A stretch of DNA of 64,000 nucleotides, from the IMG/VR virus record IMGVR_UViG_3300010347_001950, one strand, 5' to 3'. The translations under genes and the position numbers were made by a program. The notes under the pieces are model-generated. The model saw nothing but the letters and a program-made list of their open reading frames with translations, did no database searches and was not told where the DNA came from. Of this stretch, positions 40,213 to 49,661 are shown piece by piece. Within the stretch, counting starts at the first letter, position 1. Every line of letters begins with the position of its first letter. The stretch is from an uncultured virus (IMG/VR IMGVR_UViG_3300010347_001950). Lineage: Duplodnaviria > Heunggongvirae > Uroviricota > Caudoviricetes.

Positions 40213-43200
40213 TCATCCTGTGTAAACTTTTCTTTCGCTAGAATACAAGACTGGTGGGAAATTCTCTCCAGTTATTGATGCAATAATTTTATTATCTGAT
40301 TTTGTATATGTATATCTAATTGTGTTATATCTATATAAATCTGTATTTTCTATTTGTTCTTCCGACCCATTCTGGAGAAATGTACGGATAGCAAACGTGC
40401 CCTGTGGATGTAATGGTTTTGTGACAAATACAGAAAACTCTATAGCAGAATATGGTTTGTGTATAAAATTATTTGTATATACTGCGTTGTATGCATCTAA
40501 ATCTTGTGGTGTACGTATTTGCAGCTGACTCATATCCAAAAATTTCATTTTATTCCATCCAATATATGCTAAATCATTATCAGATATTTCCAAGGTTTCA
40601 AGTTGATTCACCACCTCATTATATAGTTCTGCAGAAAACGAATTGCTTGGGGGTGGGTACGACATAATTTGATTCCCGCTTGCATCAACAGAATATAACA
40701 TTATGCCAGCATGAATATTGCCTACCTCAGAAACAATCTTATATCCGTTTGAGGTAATTACACCGTGCAGTTCGCTTGGTATTGTAGTTAGCATATTTTC
40801 GTCCATATAGCCAAAAAATGTCAATATATCTTTATAGTCGTCTTTAAACCTCCACGATAGGCGAACTCTTTGTGTGCTGGGATCCCAATACAGAACCGCC
40901 GGATATGAAGGATCTACGAAATGAGACATAATTGCCTTTACCTTTGATGAAATAACATCTGATATATAACAAACATATGTATTGGCGTTAAGTGATTGAT
41001 CCATGTATGGTATACCAAGATTTCTATTCTTATAAAAATTCAAAAAATCAACATCATCTTCTAAAACATACCATGGCTTTAAATTTCCACAATCAATTAA
41101 ATATTCAACAGCAGATAAATAATTAAATCCATCTATTCTAACAGAATTTCTAAATAGAGTATTATCAAGTATTTCTGACATTATGTCTGTGGCCCTGATG
41201 ATTGTTGTCGACCCACTTGTTTCGTATGTGGTTTCAACAGAATCTATGGCACCATGAAAATAATTGTGTATTTCATCAATGCCAGCACCCAAAGCAACAC
41301 CAAAAATATTACCCTCAAGCAAAGACAAAATTGCCCTCCCTTTCGGTGTCGTGGCCAAATCTTTAATAGTAATCGATGCAGTCGAAGATAAATATCCATG
41401 ATTTTGTTCTGATCTGTCAAAATTATATGTAACATCCCATCCGGTTAAATATTCAGAAATATCAACAAGTGGATGTAATAATTCGTCTGTAGAATCTGGG
41501 GATGTTGGAATAGTTTCTACGTGTAAATATAATGGACCCTCTATTGTAGTATCCCAAATTATTCTGCCACACAACAATAACTGCTTATTGTCTGTGTTTG
41601 TAACTATACTATTCGCGCTAATTTGATCCCAATTTAATTCATAGCCTGTTTTATTATTTGTATCAACAATTTTTCTCCAATCCGCATAATATGTTGGTTG
41701 ATTGCTTTTTGTAGTACTTGGCTGTAATTCATCAACAAGCGGATTGCGCACTCTACCACTGTGGAAATTATCATTAATTTCAGATGCGCTTATTTGATCC
41801 AATTTCCTATTTGGCAATATGAATTGTGTATTCAATCTGCAATTGTATTTTTCTCCAGAAGATAAGTTTTGATTTAACTTGTTCCATATAGGTACGCCAT
41901 CTGCGTCATAATTGTTGAATGCTATAGCCCCATATCTAAATTGTGCCAATATATTTGAAAATGTTAAATATATTTCGGATTTGGCTGGTATATATGGATA
42001 AAATAAAGATTCTTTTGTGTATGGCAACAGTGGGGACTTTAGTCTTATTGGGTTAAAGGCGAACCACTCTACAGACGAATTTACAGAATTAAACCCTATA
42101 AGCATAATTGGGCCAACAAAGTGTACATATACACTAAACGACGTTTCTCCGTTGAGGGCAAACACTGGGGCATTATATAAAGGATAATTATCCCAAACTC
42201 CCGTGAGTGGATTCATAAAATATAATAATGGGGTTTCTCCAGGGGTTAGTTGTAAATAAAACGTTTCTATAGTTTGGCTAGATGGGTTAATTGTATTAGA
42301 CCCCCACGTAATATATATACCATCTGCCAACCCAGAATTTGTGTGTTCGATATTTATGTCTTGTTTTGGAAATTGAAAATGTAATTGGAAACCACAATTT
42401 GCACCACCAGTAGACATAATCTCTCTTGGCGACAATGGATTTGAGCTATATAAATCTGAAGGATAAAATATTTTTGGTTTATGATTAAGCCCTTCATATC
42501 TATATGCTATGTCGCACGAAATAGGGAACATGCGTCGTATTGTAGTTGCTTTATTTGGCGAAGGGCAATAAATATATGCGTCACCCATCCCATCGCCAAA
42601 TGATGGAGTTATGAAACAAAACTGGTCTTGTTGTTGCTGAGATATATGCGGTGGATATAAAATTCCCCATTGTGGTTGATATCTCAAAGCTAAAGAGTTG
42701 CCCGTGCCAACTCCGGTAGAAAAAATTCCATCTATATTGTATGGTTCCCATATATTCCATGTAGTCAAGACAGTATTTGCGTCTGGATAATTGGCATCTG
42801 GCTTGCTAGGTATTACCAAATAATTATTGTTGTTTGGCGCACGTCCTGGATATAATCCAGTTCCTGCCCCAGTATAGGATGTGGGTGAAGGTATTTTTGC
42901 AGAATCTACTAACGGCGATGGATTGTATTCCCATGTCCCAATATCTTTGCCAAAGTCTGTAACTTTACTTGGTCCTTTAATAAGTGGGAAATGTGCAGAT
43001 ATACCATCTGGGGCGAAGTATCCCTTTATAAATGTGCATAAAGAGGCACCTATATTTCTGTTTACTTTTGGTAATATCCCTCCAGATGCTTGTGGTATAT
43101 TTTCCAAATTATTTGATTTTATTCCGTCGTTTTGTTGATAATATATATTGTATGGTACAATCCCGCTGTTATCTTTTTGTGGTCTCGAACGCGCATAGTC

Positions 43201-43275
43201 TCCAGCAACGCTGCTTATCTCTGGATTATATATTAAACCAAGAATACAACTTCCTCTAATTTCGCGAGGCTCCAT
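40213..43275 (-). CDS. Large tail/baseplate hub-like protein
   Basis: DISEYLTGWDVTY...STASITIKD...YFHGAIDSV...TIIRATD pattern of hub/GpD-like proteins. Confidence 0.55.
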   Translation of the reverse strand: MEPREIRGSCILGLIYNPEISSVAGDYARSRPQKDNSGIVPYNIYYQQNDGIKSNNLENIPQASGGILPKVNRNIGASLCTFIKGYFAPDGISAHFPLIKGPSKVTDFGKDIGTWEYNPSPLVDSAKIPSPTSYTGAGTGLYPGRAPNNNNYLVIPSKPDANYPDANTVLTTWNIWEPYNIDGIFSTGVGTGNSLALRYQPQWGILYPPHISQQQQDQFCFITPSFGDGMGDAYIYCPSPNKATTIRRMFPISCDIAYRYEGLNHKPKIFYPSDLYSSNPLSPREIMSTGGANCGFQLHFQFPKQDINIEHTNSGLADGIYITWGSNTINPSSQTIETFYLQLTPGETPLLYFMNPLTGVWDNYPLYNAPVFALNGETSFSVYVHFVGPIMLIGFNSVNSSVEWFAFNPIRLKSPLLPYTKESLFYPYIPAKSEIYLTFSNILAQFRYGAIAFNNYDADGVPIWNKLNQNLSSGEKYNCRLNTQFILPNRKLDQISASEINDNFHSGRVRNPLVDELQPSTTKSNQPTYYADWRKIVDTNNKTGYELNWDQISANSIVTNTDNKQLLLCGRIIWDTTIEGPLYLHVETIPTSPDSTDELLHPLVDISEYLTGWDVTYNFDRSEQNHGYLSSTASITIKDLATTPKGRAILSLLEGNIFGVALGAGIDEIHNYFHGAIDSVETTYETSGSTTIIRATDIMSEILDNTLFRNSVRIDGFNYLSAVEYLIDCGNLKPWYVLEDDVDFLNFYKNRNLGIPYMDQSLNANTYVCYISDVISSKVKAIMSHFVDPSYPAVLYWDPSTQRVRLSWRFKDDYKDILTFFGYMDENMLTTIPSELHGVITSNGYKIVSEVGNIHAGIMLYSVDASGNQIMSYPPPSNSFSAELYNEVVNQLETLEISDNDLAYIGWNKMKFLDMSQLQIRTPQDLDAYNAVYTNNFIHKPYSAIEFSVFVTKPLHPQGTFAIRTFLQNGSEEQIENTDLYRYNTIRYTYTKSDNKIIASITGENFPPVLYSSERKVYTG

Positions 43276-43354
43276 GTTAAATTACTCCACGTTTTGAGCG
43301 GATTGCCTCTGTGATAAGCCCAGAAGCCTTCAGCATTTTAATTGTCTGTAATTT

Positions 43355-43888
43355 CTACAGCCAATAATTATTTACACTTTCTTCTTTGATATTAATTGAA
43401 GCATTTATGTATTTATCATGTATTGTTCGGCAATTTTCGTAAATCCATGCCCTATCGAATAATGTTAATACCCGATTGTGTTTGCATACATTACAGGCCT
43501 TAGGTATATCTACACTATTATCAATAATTTTTACATTCTGGGTTATTCTGAATGTTGGTGCAGAAGCCTTTTTGCTTTTGAATTTAGTATAACTGCCAAT
43601 CTTCCAAAAGAACGCTTTGAAGGATCTTTTTAAGTACATGAAACTTTGTTGTAATATCTGAGAATAACGTTTTTTTAAAAATAATGTGTATGGTTGCTTC
43701 TTCAAGTTAACCAACATACATGCTAAAGCATTATAATTTAATGTCTCTTTGATGTTTTTGTAATAAGTAGACTTCTTATCTAATGCCCAATTATATACAT
43801 AACCCCGACAACCAGCAAACCGAACAAACTTCTCAATCTGTTGGTTGTTTGGTTTTAATCTAAATTTGTAGCATTTAGTAATTAACAT
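43355..43888 (-). pseudogene. tnpB: Internally deleted, nuclease-dead TnpB (177-aa open frame)
   Basis: YKFRLKPN...YVYNWAL...SQILQQ...FKSKK joined directly to CNVC...ENC..HDKYINASINI. Confidence 0.85.
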
Positions 43889-44050
43889 GTCTTTTGTTCT
43901 TCTATGTATTTTTAATTGTCTTACTAGAAATGGTCAGGTATTACTTCTAAACAAACAACTTCAAGATATACCGAGCTTTCAATTCTGTGTTTGATATATT
44001 CCTTTATCTACCCCTTTGATACCTAGCACCTGTGTTTGGTTACTCATCAA
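43884..44050 (-). pseudogene. tnpA: Y1 transposase TnpA remnant
   Basis: ttagaagtaatacctgaccat = LEVIPDH (HUH region); aaatacatagaagaacaaaag = KYIEEQK (catalytic Tyr helix). Confidence 0.7.
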
Positions 44051-44469
44051 TTGTAGAATTACTTGTGAAGATGGTATTTGACAAAAGCACTGTTTATCTC
44101 TTGCGACAAGCATTAAGGTTTTCTGGCGTTACCGCGTAAATGTTCCAATATATCTTCCTTCATTCTAATACTAATATACATTATATTTTTTTACTTTGCT
44201 CATTGTATTATCTATTTATATTATTAATGTTCTGTATTTGCAGGTTTTACACTTTTTGCTTCCAAAATATTTTGAAAATATTTTCTGGGTTAATATAAAA
44301 ATTCTTGGGACACACGGCAAGGCTCGCTCTTATCCATTCCAGCGAGCGGATATGTTTTCTCGATTGCTCATATGAATATTCTTAATTGGTTTCTTACAGG
44401 AAAATACGGTCGCTGTAAGAAATTTTTAAATTATAAGTTGTTATAAATTTAGAAGGAACGACAATATAT

Positions 44470-44697
44470 ATGAGATTTCAGAGCCTAAGCGAGATTATAC
44501 GCAGAAATATAGAACAATATGGGAGTATGAATCAATTTGAGACAGGCACCCCGCTGTCTATTGAATCTGGTCAATTCCAATATTTGCAGAAGAACTATGA
44601 TACTATTGGGGTTTTAAGATGGGGGTTTTCTGTATGGGGGATTGATCATGTAATAGGCGCTGATTATGCCACAGATGAAGAAATACAAGAGTTATAA
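44470..44697 (+). CDS. Small hypothetical protein
   Basis: AAGGA RBS; first gene of the large structural operon. Confidence 0.6.
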   Translation: MRFQSLSEIIRRNIEQYGSMNQFETGTPLSIESGQFQYLQKNYDTIGVLRWGFSVWGIDHVIGADYATDEEIQEL

Positions 44698-44703
44698 ATT
44701 AAA

Positions 44704-47700
44704 ATGGCAAAAACACAAATATATGGCCTAGGATATCTGCAGGCGTTTGAAGATGTTGGTGGCAGTGGCGACATTGATATGGACGAACTGCGATTTAAAT
44801 CGATTGAAAACCAACAATATGGCATATATTCTTTGTTTGGGAATGGAATACGAGAAGATACAGACCAATTTGGCAATCCAATACCGTCATGGTTAATAGA
44901 AAATGTAGCCGGAAGTTCTAATCGTGTGCTTATTACTCCTGGTCACGGTCACGTGGCATGGAAATATGCGGAAACAAACACGGTATCATATGTTGACATC
45001 ATACCACCGCAGGGCAATACTGGCAATCTGGTGTTTTATATATACGCTACTGCAACAAATACTACCCCATATGATAAGTCTGTTAAATTTATAGCATCAA
45101 CTCAGGTAATTTCTGATATAGTTAATTATGTTGGAATAGGTGGCGTTATTTATACCATATCAAGTGACGGGAGCGTTACATTAACGCCAATGAATACAGA
45201 AGAATATGGTAGAAGAGTAATTTCTTTCTTCGGTGTTTTGTCTGGGTTAATTAATAAACACAAACACATTGGTGGTGCAACTAACCCAAGCCCAATAGAT
45301 CTTTCTAAGCATGTACAGGGAAAACTAGACGGAGATTATATATCCGACTTAGATGCATCAAAAATTAACAACGGCGTATTGCCTCCAGAACGATTACCAA
45401 AGATTGATCACAACACGCTGTTAAGGCGTGGTACTCTTACCCACGATCAAATTGATTCTCTTATTGCTATGTTATCATATCATAGTGATAAGAGAATGTC
45501 CGATATTGAAATAACCAATTTGTTACAACTTGGACTTGGGCTAAAGAGGGTTTTTGGAAGAAATAGTCATATACATAAAAACCTAATCAATACAATTTTT
45601 TATATACCAGGAATTACATTAGATAAGTTTGCGTCATGGTATAATACAGACGAAATTCAACCAAAATATCCATTGGACCATTATGGGTTATATGCTCCTT
45701 TCGTGCCATCGGCTGTTCCACTGGCAGATATTGATACTATAAATAAGAGAATCGTTGGTATTAATACAAATGATGTTTCTAATGATTTTATTATATGGGA
45801 CACAGATATTGACTTTACTATAGCATCGAGATTGGTTGCACCATTGCATGCACAAATAGTTGGTATAGGCAGTAGCGCTTATATTACAATACAGCAGCCA
45901 GTAAATTATATTGGTATATGTACCACTGACTTTGATGATAAGTGGAAGCGAGGGTATGTGTTTGATGATTATTCTGTATTTTTGAATGCCCCACAGTCAA
46001 TTACAGCCAAAGATACATTCTATGATGATTATTCTGTGGCGAGATATGTTTATTATGAATTTCCTGGCGTTATTGATATACGCGGCAGAGACATGTTTGG
46101 AATAGGATTTGGTGTCACAAACAATTCTGTGCCAGGCGCTATTAATTTTTTCTTTATTGTTAATAATGGCGGAACGCAACATACATTTGTTCAGAAGAAT
46201 GGTACATTGCATACCATACAAACATCAAAAGACTTTGAAATTTATTCTTCTGACGATAGTAACAGAAATGATTATTTTGTATATCAAAATATAGATTCGT
46301 TTGGGTTAACCGAAGATCAAAAAGCTCATATAGTTGGTGTTGGTATTTCTTATTCTGTTGATAATGGGTGGAATAGATTGCCTGTTAGCTTTAGTTTATA
46401 TAGTCCTACTGCTGGAGATATTATCAATAGTGATATTTATAACCCAAACAGGCTAATCATGGGGAATGATATTATAGACGATCCTGGGAGATCATCAGAC
46501 ACGTCGGCTATATTTGCGTGGAATCAAAACATGTATTATAGCGAGGCCGATTTTACATTTAGGTTTGACAGCGGTTATAAATCAACCATATATAGCGATG
46601 TATCTTGTGTGTTTGAACAGCCGGCAAACACAGAACTGATAATTAGAACCAGGACATCAGATACGTTAGATGAATTGCAAGCTACAAACTTTTATGTGGT
46701 TTCTAATTCTTCTATAGACCCCGCTTCTAAAAGCGGCAGATATATAGATATCAATATACAATTTTTCTCATCTAACAACAGATTGTTGTCCCCGTCGTTA
46801 GACAAGGTTACGCTATCGTTTTATGGACCAGGATCGGCTCAGGTTCCGAAAATGTGGGACAATGCCAGTATATGGCAGTCTGGTAGGTTTATTAATGTGT
46901 GTATAGATGGAGATATTTTAAACCACAGGCTTCAGCCAGTTTCCGTGGCATCAACCAACAGCGCCATAGATTTACCAAACCCTATACAATTGGATGGAGA
47001 ATTTATAGTTGATGGATATGTTGTAAAATCTGGAGATCGGGTATTGTTGTCTTGCCAAACCGATATAGAAATTACAAATGGAATATATGTATACGATAAC
47101 GAAAACAATATTTTGCAACGGGCCAACGATTTATATAGTGGGTGCCAATTTGATGAAGATATGTTTTGTGTTGTTCTCCATGGATTGTCATGCGGCGGCA
47201 AAACATTTAGAATTGTAAATGACGGTATTGTAGATTCTGATCCCATTGTGTTTTCTGAATATAAGAATGATTTGCGAATGTGTGATACGTCTGTGGTTGG
47301 AAGGTTTGTGTATATAAGGGATAATTTGATATATTTTGCAAACAGACCTAAAAACAACCCAAACTCAGAGCAAGACGAATATGTATATCAAGACGGCGCA
47401 CAATTATATAGAACGCCTAGGCAGGTATTTGAAAAACTTGCTCCAGGATATTATTCGCCAGAAGATATTTATATATTATCGAACAACAATATTGTTGTAG
47501 TTGATACAGGGAATGACCGCGTTGTTGAAATATGCGAAGACGGTTCTTTGGTAAAAGCAATACAGGGCAATTTGAGGCTTAGGGAAGCCGACAGAGATTT
47601 TGTTATATGCTCTGCTATATATAACCCACAACAAGGCAGGCTGTGGATGGCGTTTAGTCAAAATGCTTTTATAAGAGATAAGTCTAAAATTTCTATTAGT

Positions 47701-48807
47701 GGCGGCAGCAATCATTTTGCTTTTAGCGATTCTAATCCATCAAACGCCAACGATGTCATTAACGTGTCCCCATTTAATCCAATACCAAACACAGACACGT
47801 TTTCGTCTACCTGGGTGGTAAATTTTTCCGATTATTTTAATAATATGATAAAAACATGGTCGCGACCGCTTACACTCACTATCGCAAAGGGAGCATTTCG
47901 GTGCAAGGGGAAAAGCAGTGGCAAATATCGAACATATGATGGCGGCGTAATAACATCTGGAATTAGCATTGGCGGGGCCTCTGGTTCTGGTGGAGGGGGG
48001 AATATTGGAGGAGCAGGAAATATATTTTCCCCATATGCATCCGCAGGGAATTCTTTACCAACCTATGTTACTGGACCTCCTCCAAATTATATATTACCTC
48101 AAAGTGGTATTTTTGATGGCGTGTTTGATATGACAGGAGAATCTCTTAGTCCAATTATTTCTGGGCGCGAGGACGGTGGAGATTTTGACAACAATGGCGT
48201 TATTGATAATGCAGATAGCGATTCTACTATATTGCTTGGTCCAGACGGGAGCAGTGATTTAATAAAATTAGATGTAGTAGAGGGTAATATATTGTTTGAT
48301 AATTTATATAATCCAATATCTATACAAGTTACAGGCGCGAATGATTGGATAGTTGCGTCTGTTGGTGACAGGGGGGTATTGGCGTACGACAGTGCTTTAA
48401 ACCGACTGTGGTCTATTTCTTCCGAATATGTTAATTACAATGTCGATTCTTGTGGTAATGCATACCAGCTAGACAGCGGATACGTATTGGCGTCTGTGCC
48501 ATCGCAAGGTACAGCCTCTACGTCTGTTTTAAATCAAGGTTCAATTTATATATTGAATCAAAAAACCAGCGGGAACCCCATTATTGCACAGATACGTATA
48601 AGCGGCAACCCAATAAGAGCCTATCCAAATGTTAATAATACTGAATTCTGGGTGTGTGTTAATGATTCGGTTAACGGAGGATTAAATTCGGGTGTTATAA
48701 GGGTTGATTATAGTGGAAATGTTACTTGGAAGTTTGCACAGCGAAACATATCATCTCCAAGTGGGTTTAGAATATTATATAATGGGGATTTGCTTGTATC
48801 GGAGTAA
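44704..48807 (+). CDS. Large virion/tail-fibre protein with NHL-like beta-propeller
   Basis: DASKINNGVLPPERLP, DGYVVKSGDRVLL..Q..NGIYV, VVDTGNDRVVEI. Confidence 0.7.
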   Translation: MAKTQIYGLGYLQAFEDVGGSGDIDMDELRFKSIENQQYGIYSLFGNGIREDTDQFGNPIPSWLIENVAGSSNRVLITPGHGHVAWKYAETNTVSYVDIIPPQGNTGNLVFYIYATATNTTPYDKSVKFIASTQVISDIVNYVGIGGVIYTISSDGSVTLTPMNTEEYGRRVISFFGVLSGLINKHKHIGGATNPSPIDLSKHVQGKLDGDYISDLDASKINNGVLPPERLPKIDHNTLLRRGTLTHDQIDSLIAMLSYHSDKRMSDIEITNLLQLGLGLKRVFGRNSHIHKNLINTIFYIPGITLDKFASWYNTDEIQPKYPLDHYGLYAPFVPSAVPLADIDTINKRIVGINTNDVSNDFIIWDTDIDFTIASRLVAPLHAQIVGIGSSAYITIQQPVNYIGICTTDFDDKWKRGYVFDDYSVFLNAPQSITAKDTFYDDYSVARYVYYEFPGVIDIRGRDMFGIGFGVTNNSVPGAINFFFIVNNGGTQHTFVQKNGTLHTIQTSKDFEIYSSDDSNRNDYFVYQNIDSFGLTEDQKAHIVGVGISYSVDNGWNRLPVSFSLYSPTAGDIINSDIYNPNRLIMGNDIIDDPGRSSDTSAIFAWNQNMYYSEADFTFRFDSGYKSTIYSDVSCVFEQPANTELIIRTRTSDTLDELQATNFYVVSNSSIDPASKSGRYIDINIQFFSSNNRLLSPSLDKVTLSFYGPGSAQVPKMWDNASIWQSGRFINVCIDGDILNHRLQPVSVASTNSAIDLPNPIQLDGEFIVDGYVVKSGDRVLLSCQTDIEITNGIYVYDNENNILQRANDLYSGCQFDEDMFCVVLHGLSCGGKTFRIVNDGIVDSDPIVFSEYKNDLRMCDTSVVGRFVYIRDNLIYFANRPKNNPNSEQDEYVYQDGAQLYRTPRQVFEKLAPGYYSPEDIYILSNNNIVVVDTGNDRVVEICEDGSLVKAIQGNLRLREADRDFVICSAIYNPQQGRLWMAFSQNAFIRDKSKISISGGSNHFAFSDSNPSNANDVINVSPFNPIPNTDTFSSTWVVNFSDYFNNMIKTWSRPLTLTIAKGAFRCKGKSSGKYRTYDGGVITSGISIGGASGSGGGGNIGGAGNIFSPYASAGNSLPTYVTGPPPNYILPQSGIFDGVFDMTGESLSPIISGREDGGDFDNNGVIDNADSDSTILLGPDGSSDLIKLDVVEGNILFDNLYNPISIQVTGANDWIVASVGDRGVLAYDSALNRLWSISSEYVNYNVDSCGNAYQLDSGYVLASVPSQGTASTSVLNQGSIYILNQKTSGNPIIAQIRISGNPIRAYPNVNNTEFWVCVNDSVNGGLNSGVIRVDYSGNVTWKFAQRNISSPSGFRILYNGDLLVSE

Positions 48808-48813
48808 TAGTAT

Positions 48814-49650
48814 ATGAATATTGAATATTCTATGACAAGTGCAAAATTTACTATTTTGTATGATGACGATCAGTGGGTAAGTATAGAATTTTTATCTGAA
48901 CATCCAATTAAACAAACCATGAATAGCAATGGCGATTTGTCTATGTGTTTGCGCGACGACATTATGTTATTAATTGGGGAAAGAGAAGAGTGTGTTTTTG
49001 TGCGCATAAATGTGCAAGATTCTGCCAGCAAAGAATTAGCAATTCGTATTGAATCGGCGCGCTCACACATCGAATATATTGCAGAAAGAAACATTATAGC
49101 AGTTGATAACATGATTGTTAATTTGGGACATATTAATGTTCAAAAAACCGGAAGCAACATTTTTAATTTATTATTAAAAGATATCGATAACGAAATTACT
49201 ATACAAAATAATACATTTGATATATTGTCAGGCACGAATTTTAAAACTATGGATGTGATTAGTGTTGTTAATGTTGGTGAAAAATTACCAGAATTATCTA
49301 TAGAATTTGACGACAATATACAAACATATAAAGACCTGCCATGTATTCCGTTTGGTGATTTGCGAATTACAGTTAAATCTGATAATATAAACCTAGATAA
49401 TGCTAAATTAAAAATTCGCAGAACAGGCAAAAAAGGAATATTGGGTGTACCAGAGAGTATAAATATAACAGACGGGGGTGTTTCATATAATGTTTTAAAA
49501 AGCGATGACGTAAACACGTTTGAGGGAATGATGGAAATTGATGTGAGCGCGCATGTAATTATTCACGATGTGTTACATTGCAAGGCGACAGTTGATATTG
49601 TGAATGACGGCGATGATTGTATCACATATGATGATCCAAAGTTATATTAA
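48814..49650 (+). CDS. Hypothetical protein in structural operon
   Basis: 278 aa, tightly packed between large virion genes. Confidence 0.7.
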   Translation: MNIEYSMTSAKFTILYDDDQWVSIEFLSEHPIKQTMNSNGDLSMCLRDDIMLLIGEREECVFVRINVQDSASKELAIRIESARSHIEYIAERNIIAVDNMIVNLGHINVQKTGSNIFNLLLKDIDNEITIQNNTFDILSGTNFKTMDVISVVNVGEKLPELSIEFDDNIQTYKDLPCIPFGDLRITVKSDNINLDNAKLKIRRTGKKGILGVPESINITDGGVSYNVLKSDDVNTFEGMMEIDVSAHVIIHDVLHCKATVDIVNDGDDCITYDDPKLY

Positions 49651-49661
49651 GGTCAAAATAT

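Larger units (their letters stand above)
43276..44135 (-). mobile_element. Most complete IS200/IS605 copy: left end, decayed tnpA, deleted tnpB, right end
   Basis: TTTAC|gcggTAACGCCAGAAAAC; LEVIPDH and KYIEEQK TnpA motifs; tnpB ATG overlaps the tnpA end; right end abuts the ATG at 43275. Confidence 0.85.
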
